DNA from: Spirochaetia bacterium
GTDB taxonomy: Bacteria > Spirochaetota > Spirochaetia > UBA9216
Assembly (NCBI GenBank): GCA_963677925.2
Contig: CAXXYH010000004.1
Location: 1,184,001 to 1,248,000, forward strand
DNA: 64,000 nt
Reading direction: 5' to 3'
Part shown: piece by piece, positions 1 through 10,445 of the stretch
Layout: the number at the start of each line of letters is the position of its first letter
Position numbering within the stretch: position 1 is the first letter of the stretch
Notes under the pieces: model-generated
Database searches by the model: none
The model's input: only the letters and a program-made list of their open reading frames with translations
Told to the model about the DNA's origin: nothing
Program-made: the position numbers and the translations under genes

Positions 1-165
1 CTCTGGATTCCTGTGTTTGTTATCGTTCTGCTGCTTGCAAAGCTCTTCAGGGCAAAGATTGCTCCCGCTCTTGCAAAAAGCAGGCTGATGATTCTTATCA
101 GGAAGGCTCCCTTCGTCAACCGCTTTGCCGGCGCCGTTAATCAGTACGGCGGAATGTTTCAGTAG
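1..165 (+). CDS. 3' end of a membrane protein, probably TIGR03546 family (partial, runs off the window)
   Basis: Frame 1 is open from base 1 (LWIPVFVIVLLLAKLFRAKIAP...GGMFQ) to TAG at 163-165. A hydrophobic segment is followed by a basic tail. It lies directly upstream of a TIGR03545-like gene, its usual partner. Confidence 0.55.
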   Translation, partial: LWIPVFVIVLLLAKLFRAKIAPALAKSRLMILIRKAPFVNRFAGAVNQYGGMFQ

Positions 166-173
166 GGGGCTGT

Positions 174-2315
174 ATGAAAAAGAAAACGGTTAAGCTTCCT
201 TCAATCTTCAGAAAACCGGTCTCATTAAAAGCCTGGGAAAAAAAGTATCTGGGAAAGATATATCTTAAGGATGATCTGGAATTTTTAAAGCGGATTGCAG
301 TTACCGAGGGCGATACCGTCCAGATAAATGCTGAACTGGTAGAAAAAAAAGATATTGCAAGGCTTAAGGATCTTGGAAAGGTAATCAAGGCAAACCGGAA
401 GGCTGTCAGCTTTATTCTTCTGATAATAATTGTCCTGATAGCTGCAGCCGCAGCAGTATTTACCCTGTTTTTCAAAAATCCGCTTATCGAACGTTTTATT
501 GAGAACAGTCTGGGCTCTGTATTTGAAACCGAGGCTGACATCAGCGGCGTTGATTTGAATATTCTCAACGGAGAATTCCGGGCAGACAGTCTGGTTATTG
601 CAAATCCTGATAACACAATGATGAATCTGGCGGAGATCCGCGGAATAAGCGCCTCTGTCGATATTGCCGGGCTGCTGAAGGGGCGGGTTCTTATTACTGA
701 AATGGGCTTCAGTGAGCTTCTGCGCAATACCCCGAGAGATAGCGCTGCAGTTATTCCGCAGTCTGACTCTGCACCTGCTGATTCCGCCGATGCTGATGGC
801 TCATCTGGAGAAGGCGCCTTCTCCGAAGGCGGTGAAGGCATAGCGGGTTCAATAAAAGACGCCGGTTCTAATATCATCAGTAAAATGTCTGCAGGCTTTC
901 AGGCTGTCAGCGGCGAAATTGATGCTGAGGCTATCCTTGATGAACAGCTTGATAAGCTGGCTTCAATACAGGCGGCCGGAACCGCAGCCGATGAGATTAA
1001 AAGCGATATTGAAAAATGGAAGGATTCGGCTGATGAGTGGGGTTCAAAGCTAGATGAATGGTCCCCGAAGGTTAAATATCTTACATCAATTAATAAAAAC
1101 AGCTTCAGTACTGCGGCCAAGGCTACGGAAAGCCTGAAAGAACTCAATACAATCTACAATAAGAGCGTATCCGATTATAAGGAAATTGAAACCCTGACTG
1201 CAGAAGCCGGCAGGCAGATTTCCGAGCTGAAAGAAATGTCGGACAGCCTTATTGCCAGTGTTCAGGATGACTACAGCTATGTAGAGTCCCTGATCCAGCT
1301 TCCGAAAGATCAGGGGCTGGACTGGATATCATCACTTATTGAAGACAGCCTGGGGCTTCCAATCAGTTCATATCTCGAGAAAATAAATACCGGCCTTGAA
1401 TACTACAGACGCTTCAAGGCTATAACCGACAGGGAAAGAGAAGAGAAACCACAGAGACGCAATCCGCGGAGGCTTGCAGATCCCGATGCTGATCAGCCTT
1501 TTTTCAGACTGGTAAGCGCATATGCCGCCGGGGTTGAGGATGATTTTTACTACAATGCCGTGCTCAGCAATATAAGCAGCGGTGACGGTAAAACGCAGGA
1601 AGTTCCGACACTTGAGCTGGGCTGGGAAATGCAGAACGGCGCTGAAACCCTAGTAAGGCTATCAACCGAGGATATGGCTTTTAGTACAGACCGGCTTGCC
1701 CTTTCTTCTCCGATTGATCTTACAGGAATCGGAATAAGCTCAATTTCGGGAAATGCAGCAGTTTTATCTTCAGCCGTCTATTCCGGAGGAAACTACTCCG
1801 GCAGCATAAGTCTTGATTCAGAGGATCTTGCTTTCAAACCGGTAGATGAGAACAATATAGCGTACAAACTCCTTCTTAGCAGTCTTGATAAGGTAAGACC
1901 CTTTGCAGTAGAGGGCGGCTTTTCATATTCCGAGGCCGGCGGCCTGGATTTGAGTCTGACGACAGGCATGGACGATGTCCTGGGTGATACTTTAAAGGAT
2001 CTGCTTGATGAAGGCGCCGGAGAAGCTGTGACACTTTTGCGTGAGGAACTGGATAAACGCCTGAAGGCGCCCCTTGCCGAGGTTGACAAGTACCGGGCGG
2101 AGATTGAGAGCTATGTTTCTCAGCTTGAAGATATTAAAAAGGATATCGGATCCTATCGGCAGCTTGCAGATACAAAGATTAAGGAAACCGAGGCTCAGAT
2201 AAAAAAGATTGCCGAGGAAAAGGCAAAGGCTGAGGCTCAAAAGCAGCTGGACGCAGCAAAAGACGCGGCAACTGATGCTGTTAAACAGGGTGTGGGTAAT
2301 CTGCTTAATTTTTAA
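174..2315 (+). CDS. TIGR03545-like / AsmA-related membrane-anchored protein
   Basis: 713 aa with one TM helix (~aa 78-100), an AsmA-like segment (LVIANPDNTMMNLAE), long helical/coiled-coil stretches and a C-terminal helical tail. Confidence 0.6.
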   Translation: MKKKTVKLPSIFRKPVSLKAWEKKYLGKIYLKDDLEFLKRIAVTEGDTVQINAELVEKKDIARLKDLGKVIKANRKAVSFILLIIIVLIAAAAAVFTLFFKNPLIERFIENSLGSVFETEADISGVDLNILNGEFRADSLVIANPDNTMMNLAEIRGISASVDIAGLLKGRVLITEMGFSELLRNTPRDSAAVIPQSDSAPADSADADGSSGEGAFSEGGEGIAGSIKDAGSNIISKMSAGFQAVSGEIDAEAILDEQLDKLASIQAAGTAADEIKSDIEKWKDSADEWGSKLDEWSPKVKYLTSINKNSFSTAAKATESLKELNTIYNKSVSDYKEIETLTAEAGRQISELKEMSDSLIASVQDDYSYVESLIQLPKDQGLDWISSLIEDSLGLPISSYLEKINTGLEYYRRFKAITDREREEKPQRRNPRRLADPDADQPFFRLVSAYAAGVEDDFYYNAVLSNISSGDGKTQEVPTLELGWEMQNGAETLVRLSTEDMAFSTDRLALSSPIDLTGIGISSISGNAAVLSSAVYSGGNYSGSISLDSEDLAFKPVDENNIAYKLLLSSLDKVRPFAVEGGFSYSEAGGLDLSLTTGMDDVLGDTLKDLLDEGAGEAVTLLREELDKRLKAPLAEVDKYRAEIESYVSQLEDIKKDIGSYRQLADTKIKETEAQIKKIAEEKAKAEAQKQLDAAKDAATDAVKQGVGNLLNF

Positions 2316-2374
2316 CGTGAACAAATAAACCGTATGATGTATATTATAGCTCATATCCACCAGGAGGAAGTAAT

Positions 2375-3085
2375 TTGAGACTTAACAAAACAAAACTGCT
2401 CTGCCTGCTAGCAGGCCTGGCAATAATTTTTACAGCTGTATCCTGCAGCATGGACGATAACGGCGACACTGTTTTTTCCGGATATATTGCAAGATGGAAT
2501 TTTGACAGCAATATAGATGATGAAACCGGAAACTATGATCTTGCTGTTACTGAACCGGTCTCCGGAACCCCGGCTTATGATACTGTAAATTATAAAGAAG
2601 GTACTGCAAGCGGATTATTCGACGAAGGTACGACTCTTTCCTCGCCGGATATATCATTTGCCGGTAATGAGTTTTCTGTGGCTTTCTGGGCATATGTGGA
2701 TCCAGAGTATAACGAAGAAACTCCCGAGTTCATTAACTGGGCAGACTACGGATTTTTTGTTTATCCGGATCTTGAATTCGGATTTATCTGCTACGGTGTG
2801 AATGACGGAAATCATGAAGATTCCGAAATTATAAGCGCGCACTTCACCGAAGACACCTGGTATCACTTTGTTCTGACATATGACGGATATCATCTGATGC
2901 TTTACATCAACAATGAGAGGGAACTCATCTCAGGATGCAGCGCCGATATCCGTGATCTTGCAGGTCCTATTCTGTTCGGTTCTGGCGATGATGATTACTT
3001 TCTCAACGGCTGTATTGATGATGTAATCCTTTATGACCGGACACTGACAGCCGCTGAAGTCAACACGCTTTACAGCAGCTATTAA
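2375..3085 (+). CDS. LamG-like jellyroll domain lipoprotein
   Basis: TTG start after AGGAGG. Lipobox AVSC. LamG motifs FSVAFW, WYHFVLTYDG..LYIN and G.IDDVILYDRTLT. Confidence 0.8.
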   Translation: MRLNKTKLLCLLAGLAIIFTAVSCSMDDNGDTVFSGYIARWNFDSNIDDETGNYDLAVTEPVSGTPAYDTVNYKEGTASGLFDEGTTLSSPDISFAGNEFSVAFWAYVDPEYNEETPEFINWADYGFFVYPDLEFGFICYGVNDGNHEDSEIISAHFTEDTWYHFVLTYDGYHLMLYINNERELISGCSADIRDLAGPILFGSGDDDYFLNGCIDDVILYDRTLTAAEVNTLYSSY

Positions 3086-3086
3086 C

Positions 3087-4136
3087 TCAATAAACTGCTG
3101 AGTAAATCTCGGTAATTAAATCTCCGTCCTGCTGCGGGAGCACTGCTCTTGTTGTCGAGTAGTCCTCGTAGGTATGGTCGGAGAAACTATCCTTCCAGAA
3201 ATAAGTATATTTAAGGTTTTCCCCGTCCGGAAAATCGCTTGTCCCGCTGTTCGGATGTCCGTAGATATATGCAATAGGATCATCCCAGGTAGTGTCGATT
3301 TCCTTCCATACGGTTCCGTTACAGACCCTTGTCCATGCATGATTTCCGCCGCTTATGTATTGGGCCGGAATCCCTCTGGCCCGAAGCAGTGCCATAAACA
3401 GGTTTGAATAGCCGTCACAGACTGCTGCCTTATAGTCAAGAACAGTCAGGGCGTCCTGCAGCCGGCGTATTGAATTGTCTGTGGAAGCAGAATCGTATTT
3501 AAGTGAGAGAACTATATAATCATGAATCTCTTTTATCAGTTCATCAGCTGTTTCTCCGCTGAAGCTTTCGGCTATGGAAAGTATTTCGGATTCATCAGAC
3601 TGAACCTCCGGGGAGGGGTAGATGAAAGTTCCGTCCTCGCTGTTTGTGTTTGTGACAGTAAAGGATGCTGCAGCTGTCCCTGAATATGTAAAGCTGTATA
3701 TTACACCGAAGGAGCTCATGGAATAAATATCCACTATTTTATAGATCGATACGTTATACTGACCTTCACCCTGCCTTAGCCATATTCTTAATGTGCGGCT
3801 GCCTTCAGTCAGATAATAATTGATAGTGTCGGAACCCTTGGTTATTCTGAGCAAAAAGTATGGAGGAAGCATTCCGTCGTCGGTAAACACATAGGGCAGA
3901 TCAAAATAGGCATCGGCTTCAAAGTTGTCAGTATAACTGCAGTCGAGATCAAGTCTTGAGTCGCTGGAAACCACCGGTATTGATGATATATTTCTGCCGG
4001 GTCCGCTGTATGCTGCCGGAGTAAAGAGTTCGGTAATTTTCGGATAATCAGTTGAAAGTTCCGGAGCGGGGTTCGGATCGCAGGCGAGCGAGATCAGTAT
4101 CCATGCTGTAAGGATTAAAATAAGGCAATGTTTCAT
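3087..4136 (-). CDS. Transglutaminase-like (Cys-His-Asp) domain lipoprotein
   Basis: Lipobox SLAC. Triad motifs VCDGYS, NHAW and IDTTWD. Confidence 0.8.
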   Translation of the reverse strand: MKHCLILILTAWILISLACDPNPAPELSTDYPKITELFTPAAYSGPGRNISSIPVVSSDSRLDLDCSYTDNFEADAYFDLPYVFTDDGMLPPYFLLRITKGSDTINYYLTEGSRTLRIWLRQGEGQYNVSIYKIVDIYSMSSFGVIYSFTYSGTAAASFTVTNTNSEDGTFIYPSPEVQSDESEILSIAESFSGETADELIKEIHDYIVLSLKYDSASTDNSIRRLQDALTVLDYKAAVCDGYSNLFMALLRARGIPAQYISGGNHAWTRVCNGTVWKEIDTTWDDPIAYIYGHPNSGTSDFPDGENLKYTYFWKDSFSDHTYEDYSTTRAVLPQQDGDLITEIYSAVY

Positions 4137-4226
4137 TTTTTCGGCTCCATGCTTTTATGTAATTATATCATGCTATACTCCAGAAATAAAAAGTTTAGTA
4201 TAATTACCTGATTGCGAGGGGTGGGA

Positions 4227-5207
4227 ATGAATGTATCTAACTATCTGGATGATCTGGATCGCTTTTTAAATTTGGAAGATTTTCAGCAATTTCAGGATGA
4301 CATTTCAAAATTAACAGGATTCGCGATAATTACCTCGGATTATACAGGTAAACCTGTTACAAGACATAGTAACTGTACCGAGTTCTGTACCATGATTAGA
4401 AGAAACGCCTCTTTCAGTAAACTTTGTGAAAAATGTGATGCCCGTGGCGGATTGGAAGCCGCCAGATTAAAAAAACCTTATATCTATTTATGCCATATGG
4501 GCATTATAGATCTCGCGGTTCCCATTGTGGTCAATAATCATTATCTGGGAGCTATTATGGCAGGACAGGTTTTTCTTGATGATATACAAAGCTCCAAAGG
4601 GCTGGAAAAAATGCTTTTTGAAGAGAGCAGGCTGAAGATTCTGGAATATAATGATGAACTTAGAAATGCTTATTACAAGCTTCCCAGATATTCCCTCGAG
4701 TTTATTGTTGACCTTTCGTATACAATTCTGGGGTTTATTGAATATAAAATTAAAACATTTCAGAAGATCTCTGAATATTTTAATTCCCGGATGACTGATA
4801 ATACAATAAATCAGCAGAACGATGATAAAAAAGTTGATTCAAGGAGAATACATAAGCTCCCCGGCGATGTTGATGAAAGTCTCTCTCCTGCTGTTAAATA
4901 CATAAAGGAAAATATCAGAGGAAAAATTGAGATAGAAAAGCTTGCAGAATTATGCAACTACAGTACAGGTTATTTCAGCAGGCAGTTTCGGAAAAAACTG
5001 AACTGCACTGTTCCTCAATATGTTAACCTTGTAAAGATTGAAGAAGCCTGCAGTCTGCTGGAGGTAACAGATATGCAGATAAATGAAATCGCGTACCATC
5101 TGGGCTATGAAGAATGCGGATACTTCAATAAAATCTTTAAGAATTTGAAGGGAATAACTCCCAAAAAATACCGTGAGGACTTTCGCGCAACGATCATGGA
5201 TATTTAA
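4227..5207 (+). CDS. PocR ligand-binding domain + AraC-type HTH transcriptional regulator
   Basis: The N-terminus has the PocR Cys pattern (FCTMIR..CEKCD..YLCHMG..PIVV..YLGAIMAGQ). The C-terminus has the AraC signature (IAYHLGYEECGYFNKIFK..GITPKKYR). ATG at 4227 is preferred over TTG at 4212. Confidence 0.88.
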   Translation: MNVSNYLDDLDRFLNLEDFQQFQDDISKLTGFAIITSDYTGKPVTRHSNCTEFCTMIRRNASFSKLCEKCDARGGLEAARLKKPYIYLCHMGIIDLAVPIVVNNHYLGAIMAGQVFLDDIQSSKGLEKMLFEESRLKILEYNDELRNAYYKLPRYSLEFIVDLSYTILGFIEYKIKTFQKISEYFNSRMTDNTINQQNDDKKVDSRRIHKLPGDVDESLSPAVKYIKENIRGKIEIEKLAELCNYSTGYFSRQFRKKLNCTVPQYVNLVKIEEACSLLEVTDMQINEIAYHLGYEECGYFNKIFKNLKGITPKKYREDFRATIMDI

Positions 5208-5377
5208 ACCAGCATAATAATTTCATATCCTGAATTGATGTCATAAAATTACTATTAATAATTTACATTAAACGGTTTTTTCCAATAATGACAATTGCAA
5301 ATTTCCAGCCATATAATATTCCAGAATTATTAAGCGCTTAATAAATTTACACAAATGGTTTTATCTGGAGGAAAATA

Positions 5378-6520
5378 ATGAGAAAAGCATTTATATGCCC
5401 ATCTAAATATATTCAGGGTGAAAACGAGCTGTTGAATCTTGGCTACTTTGTCAAGGAACATGGAAAATCCGCCCTGCTCATCGCACACAGGGAAGATGTG
5501 GAAAGAGTAAAGGATAAACTTGAAGCAACAGCTGAGAAATATGATATTGAGCTTGTACAAAGTGATTTTAAGGGCGAGTGTTCCAGGAGTGAAATAAAAA
5601 GACTTGAAACACTGGCTAAAGAAAAAAACTGCAGCTGTACTATAGGGCTGGGAGGCGGAAAAGCAATTGATACAGCAAAATGTGTTGCCAAAGGCGATGC
5701 CCTGATTATTGTTCCTACAATTGCCGCAACAGATGCCCCAACCAGCCATTCTGCAGTGATATATACAGAAGACGGTGCCTTTGAAGATTATGCATACTTC
5801 AAACAGAATCCCGGAGTTGTTTTAATTGATACAACAATTATAGCCAATGCTCCTGCAAGATTTCTTGTCTCAGGAATGGGAGATGCACTCTCAACCTATT
5901 TTGAAGCAAGGGCTACACTTCGTTCAAATTCTAATGTAAATGCAGGATTGCCCTGCGGAGCCCGGCAAGACAGCCGCCTGGGTGCCAAGGGAACAAAGGC
6001 GGCATTTGCCCTTGCCTCGCTGTGTTATCAGACCCTGCTTGAAGATGGCCTGAAAGCAAAAAAAGCCTGTGATAGTAATGTGGTGACATCGGCTCTGGAA
6101 AATGTTGTTGAGGCAAATATTCTTCTTTCCGGTCTTGGTTTTGAGAGCGGGGGGCTGGCCGGAGCTCATGCAATACATGACGGTCTAACAATAATCGAAG
6201 AAACACACAGGTATTACCATGGTGAAAAGGTAGCCTTCGGGACTATCGCGCAATTAATTCTTGAAAATGCTCCGACTGAAGAAATTGAAGATGTTCTTGA
6301 ATTCTGTCTCTCTGTTGGTCTTCCGGTCTGTCTGGCAGATCTGGGTGTGAATAAGATTTCCGGGGAAACACTGGCAGCGGTTTCGGAAAAAGCATGTATT
6401 TCTGAGGAATCTGTGCATTCCATGCCTTTTACTGTTAGTTCTGAAATGGTTGCAGGAGCAATTATCACTGCGGACAGCATCGGCTCCGATTTTAAAAGAA
6501 AAAACAGCCTTCAGGAGTAA
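5378..6520 (+). CDS. gldA: Glycerol dehydrogenase
   Basis: PSKYIQG, GLGGGKAIDTAK, PTIAATDAPTS, GMGDALST, ESGGLAGAHAIHDG and HGEKVAFG motifs. SD GGAGG. Confidence 0.93.
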   Translation: MRKAFICPSKYIQGENELLNLGYFVKEHGKSALLIAHREDVERVKDKLEATAEKYDIELVQSDFKGECSRSEIKRLETLAKEKNCSCTIGLGGGKAIDTAKCVAKGDALIIVPTIAATDAPTSHSAVIYTEDGAFEDYAYFKQNPGVVLIDTTIIANAPARFLVSGMGDALSTYFEARATLRSNSNVNAGLPCGARQDSRLGAKGTKAAFALASLCYQTLLEDGLKAKKACDSNVVTSALENVVEANILLSGLGFESGGLAGAHAIHDGLTIIEETHRYYHGEKVAFGTIAQLILENAPTEEIEDVLEFCLSVGLPVCLADLGVNKISGETLAAVSEKACISEESVHSMPFTVSSEMVAGAIITADSIGSDFKRKNSLQE

Positions 6521-6523
6521 AAA

Positions 6524-8287
6524 GTGAAAAAAATTATAAATAACCCTGAAGATGTTGTAATGGAAATGTGCAGAGGCATCGCCGTTGCGCATCCGGAGCT
6601 GGAATTAAATCAAAAGTACAAAATTATATCGAGACGAAGAAAGAATATAAATAAGGTCAGTCTGATAAGCGGCGGCGGCAGCGGGCATGAGCCGGCCCAT
6701 GCCGGTTTCGTCGGAGAAGGGCTTCTTGATGCTGCCGTCTGCGGCGATGTTTTTGCCTCTCCTTCGCAGATACAGGTCTATCAGGCTATCAGGGAATCGG
6801 CAGGAGACAAAGGAACACTGCTTATAATAAAAAATTACAGCGGCGATATAATGAATTTCAAGAATGCCGCTTTTCTGGCGCAGGAAGACGGCATTAACGT
6901 TGATTATGTTGTAGTGGATGATGATGTTGCCGTGAATGACAGTTTATATACTGTCGGCCGCAGAGGAGTTGCAGGTACTTTTTTCGTTCATAAAATATCC
7001 GGGGCTGCAGCGGAAGATGGTAAAACCCTTTCAGAGGTAAAGGATATTGCTGAAAAAGTAATAAGTAATGTAAAGAGTCTGGGTTTTGCTTTAAGTTCGT
7101 GTACTGTTCCTGCCAAGGGCAGCCCTACATTCAGTCTTCTGGAGGATGAAATAGAATTCGGGGTTGGTATACACGGTGAGCCCGGAATAAAAAGGGAAAA
7201 ATTAGCTACTTCAGATACCCTTGCTAAACGTATTGTTGATCAGCTTGCAGGTGAACTTAACTTATCTGAAAATGACGAAGTAGCAGTTCTGATTAATGGA
7301 TTCGGCAGCACCCCGCTGCAGGAATTATACGTTCTGAACTATTCAATCCAGTGCCTGCTGTCTGAAATGAACCTGAAGGTTTTAAAAATCTTTGTAGGTA
7401 ATTATATGACCAGTATTGATATGGAAGGGGCTTCAATTTCCATTTTGAAACTGGATGATGTGATGAAGCAGTATCTTTTCAGTCCCTGTAATGCTCCCGG
7501 GTTCAAAATTTTAGATGCTTTTGAAGCTGATTCTACCGGATTAAGTGAGCTTAATAAAAGTCAGGATAGAGCAAAAGGTAAATATTCCATTGAAACAAGT
7601 TCTGATTTTGCGGTTATCAGCGGCGGGAAGATCAGCCTGAATAATATTATTTATATGGTTGATTGCATAAGTGAGTGTATAATAAAAAACGAGGTTGCTT
7701 TTTGCGAACTGGATTCACATGCCGGTGACGGTGATTTCGGAATGAGTGTTTCAAAGGGCTTTCGTCAGTTAAAAAATGAATGGCATGAAATACTTAATGA
7801 AGAAGCAGTCAGCATCGGGTCCTTTTTAAATGCATCTGCGCTGATAATCATGGAATACTGCGGAGGTGCTTCCGGCCCGATATGGGGCAGTGCTTTCAGA
7901 GCCGCGGGGAAATTTGCAGGTGATAAAACTGAAATGGATATCAGGATCTTTTCGCAGATGATGGCTGCAGCTGTTGCAGGTATACAGAAAACGGGCGAAA
8001 GATCATTCGGCCGCGGGGCTGTTGTCGGTGACAAAACTTTAATCGATGCATTGGTTCCTGCTGTAGACAGTCTGGCCGTGTCGGCTGAAAATAAAATGAA
8101 TCTGGAACCTGCTCTGAAAAAATTTGCCGAACAGGCAGTAGAAGGCGCAGAAAAAACCGAGAAAATTACCGCCAGGATGGGCAGGGCAGGAACTGCAGGT
8201 GAGCGAAGTCTCGGTTATCCGGATGCCGGTGCACATGCTCTGGGTGTTATATTCACATACGTATATGACCATTTGGAATTTGTTTAG
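6524..8287 (+). CDS. dhaK: Dihydroxyacetone kinase, fused DhaK-DhaL (Dak1+Dak2)
   Basis: Dak1 motifs GGGSGHEP, KNYSGD, GRRGVAG and GIHGEPG. Dak2 motifs LDSHAGDGDFG, GGASGP, GDKTLIDAL, GRA..GERS and DAGA. Confidence 0.92.
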   Translation: MKKIINNPEDVVMEMCRGIAVAHPELELNQKYKIISRRRKNINKVSLISGGGSGHEPAHAGFVGEGLLDAAVCGDVFASPSQIQVYQAIRESAGDKGTLLIIKNYSGDIMNFKNAAFLAQEDGINVDYVVVDDDVAVNDSLYTVGRRGVAGTFFVHKISGAAAEDGKTLSEVKDIAEKVISNVKSLGFALSSCTVPAKGSPTFSLLEDEIEFGVGIHGEPGIKREKLATSDTLAKRIVDQLAGELNLSENDEVAVLINGFGSTPLQELYVLNYSIQCLLSEMNLKVLKIFVGNYMTSIDMEGASISILKLDDVMKQYLFSPCNAPGFKILDAFEADSTGLSELNKSQDRAKGKYSIETSSDFAVISGGKISLNNIIYMVDCISECIIKNEVAFCELDSHAGDGDFGMSVSKGFRQLKNEWHEILNEEAVSIGSFLNASALIIMEYCGGASGPIWGSAFRAAGKFAGDKTEMDIRIFSQMMAAAVAGIQKTGERSFGRGAVVGDKTLIDALVPAVDSLAVSAENKMNLEPALKKFAEQAVEGAEKTEKITARMGRAGTAGERSLGYPDAGAHALGVIFTYVYDHLEFV

Positions 8288-8356
8288 GAAGATTGCCGGC
8301 AGATTTTTGATTTGAAATCTGCTGTTGATCAAATATTGACTTATTATGGAGGGATT

Positions 8357-10408
8357 ATGAAGAGTACGGTTAAAAAACCGCAAACATGGCTGGCTATTGC
8401 ACTCATGTTGATCTTGGTTGGAAGTTTCTTTGCACATTTATTCAACACATCAGGATATAAGGTACAGGTGACGGAAATTTCTTTCAGAACTGATAAGGGA
8501 TTACTTAACGGCTTGCTTTATATGCCTAAAGGTGCCGGCCCGGGCGATCCCCGCCCTGCAATCGTAACCACGCACGGTTACCTTAATGCAAAAGAAATGC
8601 AGGATGCTCCGGCTATTGAAATGTCAAGAAGAGGCTATGTAGTTCTCGCACTTGATATGTACGCTCACGGTGATTCATATCTTGACAGCGTTCCGCTGGG
8701 AAATCCGTTTTTTTCTTTCTGGACTACAGCAGTTTATGATGCTGTTCAATACATATATAAACAGCCTTATGTCTTAAAAGATGAAGCCGGCAACGGAATA
8801 ATAGGTGTAAGCGGACATTCCATGGGCGGCTTTTCCTCTACTATGGCAGCTTTCTCAGACGAACAGGCATATCAAAAAGACCTTGCTGAAGGAAAGCCGG
8901 CAGTACGCAAGATACATGCAGTCCTTACAGCAGGTTCCGATTACCGCTGGTCCTCTTATCTTGGTGTAAACGCTGAAGCCATTGACTTGAGTCTAGGCAG
9001 CCGGGTTGCGGGAGCCATTGCCGGGCAGTATGATGAATTCTTCTTTGATGAAACCGCCTATGCAACCGGTGAAACAATGGTAAAAAAGAATTATTCACAG
9101 ACCGCAACCGGCAAACAGTTTCTGGGAAATCCTGCAAATCCCGATAAAGGGACCTTTTTTACAACAGCAGCGGGCGGAAAGCGGATTATCTATGAACCAA
9201 ATGAAACACACCCATGGAACCATTTTTCAAAAGAATCAACCAGGTACCAGATTCAGTTCTACACAGAAGCTTTTAAAGATTATACTCCAGCATCAACTGT
9301 TAAGGGTGAGGGGCAAATTTGGCGCTTAAAGGAATATGCAGAGTTTATTGCTTTAATAGGTTTTTTCATGCTTTTTGTTCCGCTTGTACAGCTTCTGCTT
9401 AAAATTCCTTTCTTCAGTTCAGTAAAATCAGAATCTATCAAAGAGTTTGCCGGACCTGACACCAAAAACAGAAAAGTTGTCTTCTGGCTGATAACAGCAT
9501 TCAGTGCTCTTTTCCCTGCTGTATACTATGCGACCCTGATGGGAAAACTGCCCCTGGGCCTTTCTCAGATAAGAGTAGCCGCACTTATAATATTTGCTGC
9601 CGCAATTATTATAGCTGTTGTGACAATAGCTGTAAGAAAGGATGAGAAATCATTTTTCGGGTGGATTATTGCCGCTGCAGCTGCATTTATAGTATTCGGT
9701 TTAACGATTGGTGCAGGAAACCTTTTCAAGCTGAGTCCGTATTTCAATGAACCGCAGACAAATGCAGTTGTTTTCTGGGCATTATTTGTGGCTGCTGTGA
9801 CCTTTCTGATTCTGGCTGTTGTATACCTCACCATCAATAAACCGGCTGGAATGGATCTGAAGCAGTATGGAATTGCGGTCAATTTAAAGAACATCTTAAA
9901 AGCCTTATTAGTTGCAGTTATATCAGCAGCTGTCGGGTTTATTATTCTATTCATTATTGATGCGTTATTAAAAACAGACTTCAGACTGTGGCTTGTTGCT
10001 GTAAGGGCTTTTAACTCCGATCATTTCTTCTCGGCATTAAGATATATGCCGTTCTTCTTTCTCTATTACTTCTTCAACGGTATAGCATTGCAGGTGAACA
10101 CAAACAGCAGTTACCTTAAAGGAGTAAAGGGTTACCTTACATCCTATGCAATTAATATCGGCGGACTTTTACTGTTTCTGATTGGCGAGTACGGGGGAAT
10201 TTTTCTGTTTGGAAAAGCAGCCTGGCCAACCGTTGCATTAAACAGTATTGTACTGCTTGGTTTTGTAGTAATGCTTTTTATAGCAACTATCATAACAAAG
10301 AAGATGCTGGAAAAGACAAACAATGTTTTTACCGGTGCATTTCTGAATACTATAGTGTTCACACTGATGGCAGTTGCAAGTTCAACCATGTATATCAATC
10401 TGGTATAA
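8357..10408 (+). CDS. Alpha/beta hydrolase fused to a polytopic membrane domain
   Basis: N-terminal anchor, HGY oxyanion region, nucleophile elbow GHSMGG, probable Asp (YDEF) and His (THPWNH), then about 9 hydrophobic helices. ATG at 8357 follows GGAGG. Confidence 0.8.
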   Translation: MKSTVKKPQTWLAIALMLILVGSFFAHLFNTSGYKVQVTEISFRTDKGLLNGLLYMPKGAGPGDPRPAIVTTHGYLNAKEMQDAPAIEMSRRGYVVLALDMYAHGDSYLDSVPLGNPFFSFWTTAVYDAVQYIYKQPYVLKDEAGNGIIGVSGHSMGGFSSTMAAFSDEQAYQKDLAEGKPAVRKIHAVLTAGSDYRWSSYLGVNAEAIDLSLGSRVAGAIAGQYDEFFFDETAYATGETMVKKNYSQTATGKQFLGNPANPDKGTFFTTAAGGKRIIYEPNETHPWNHFSKESTRYQIQFYTEAFKDYTPASTVKGEGQIWRLKEYAEFIALIGFFMLFVPLVQLLLKIPFFSSVKSESIKEFAGPDTKNRKVVFWLITAFSALFPAVYYATLMGKLPLGLSQIRVAALIIFAAAIIIAVVTIAVRKDEKSFFGWIIAAAAAFIVFGLTIGAGNLFKLSPYFNEPQTNAVVFWALFVAAVTFLILAVVYLTINKPAGMDLKQYGIAVNLKNILKALLVAVISAAVGFIILFIIDALLKTDFRLWLVAVRAFNSDHFFSALRYMPFFFLYYFFNGIALQVNTNSSYLKGVKGYLTSYAINIGGLLLFLIGEYGGIFLFGKAAWPTVALNSIVLLGFVVMLFIATIITKKMLEKTNNVFTGAFLNTIVFTLMAVASSTMYINLV

Positions 10409-10445
10409 AAGTTCTTATTTTTTAAAAACAAAAAAATACATTAAC

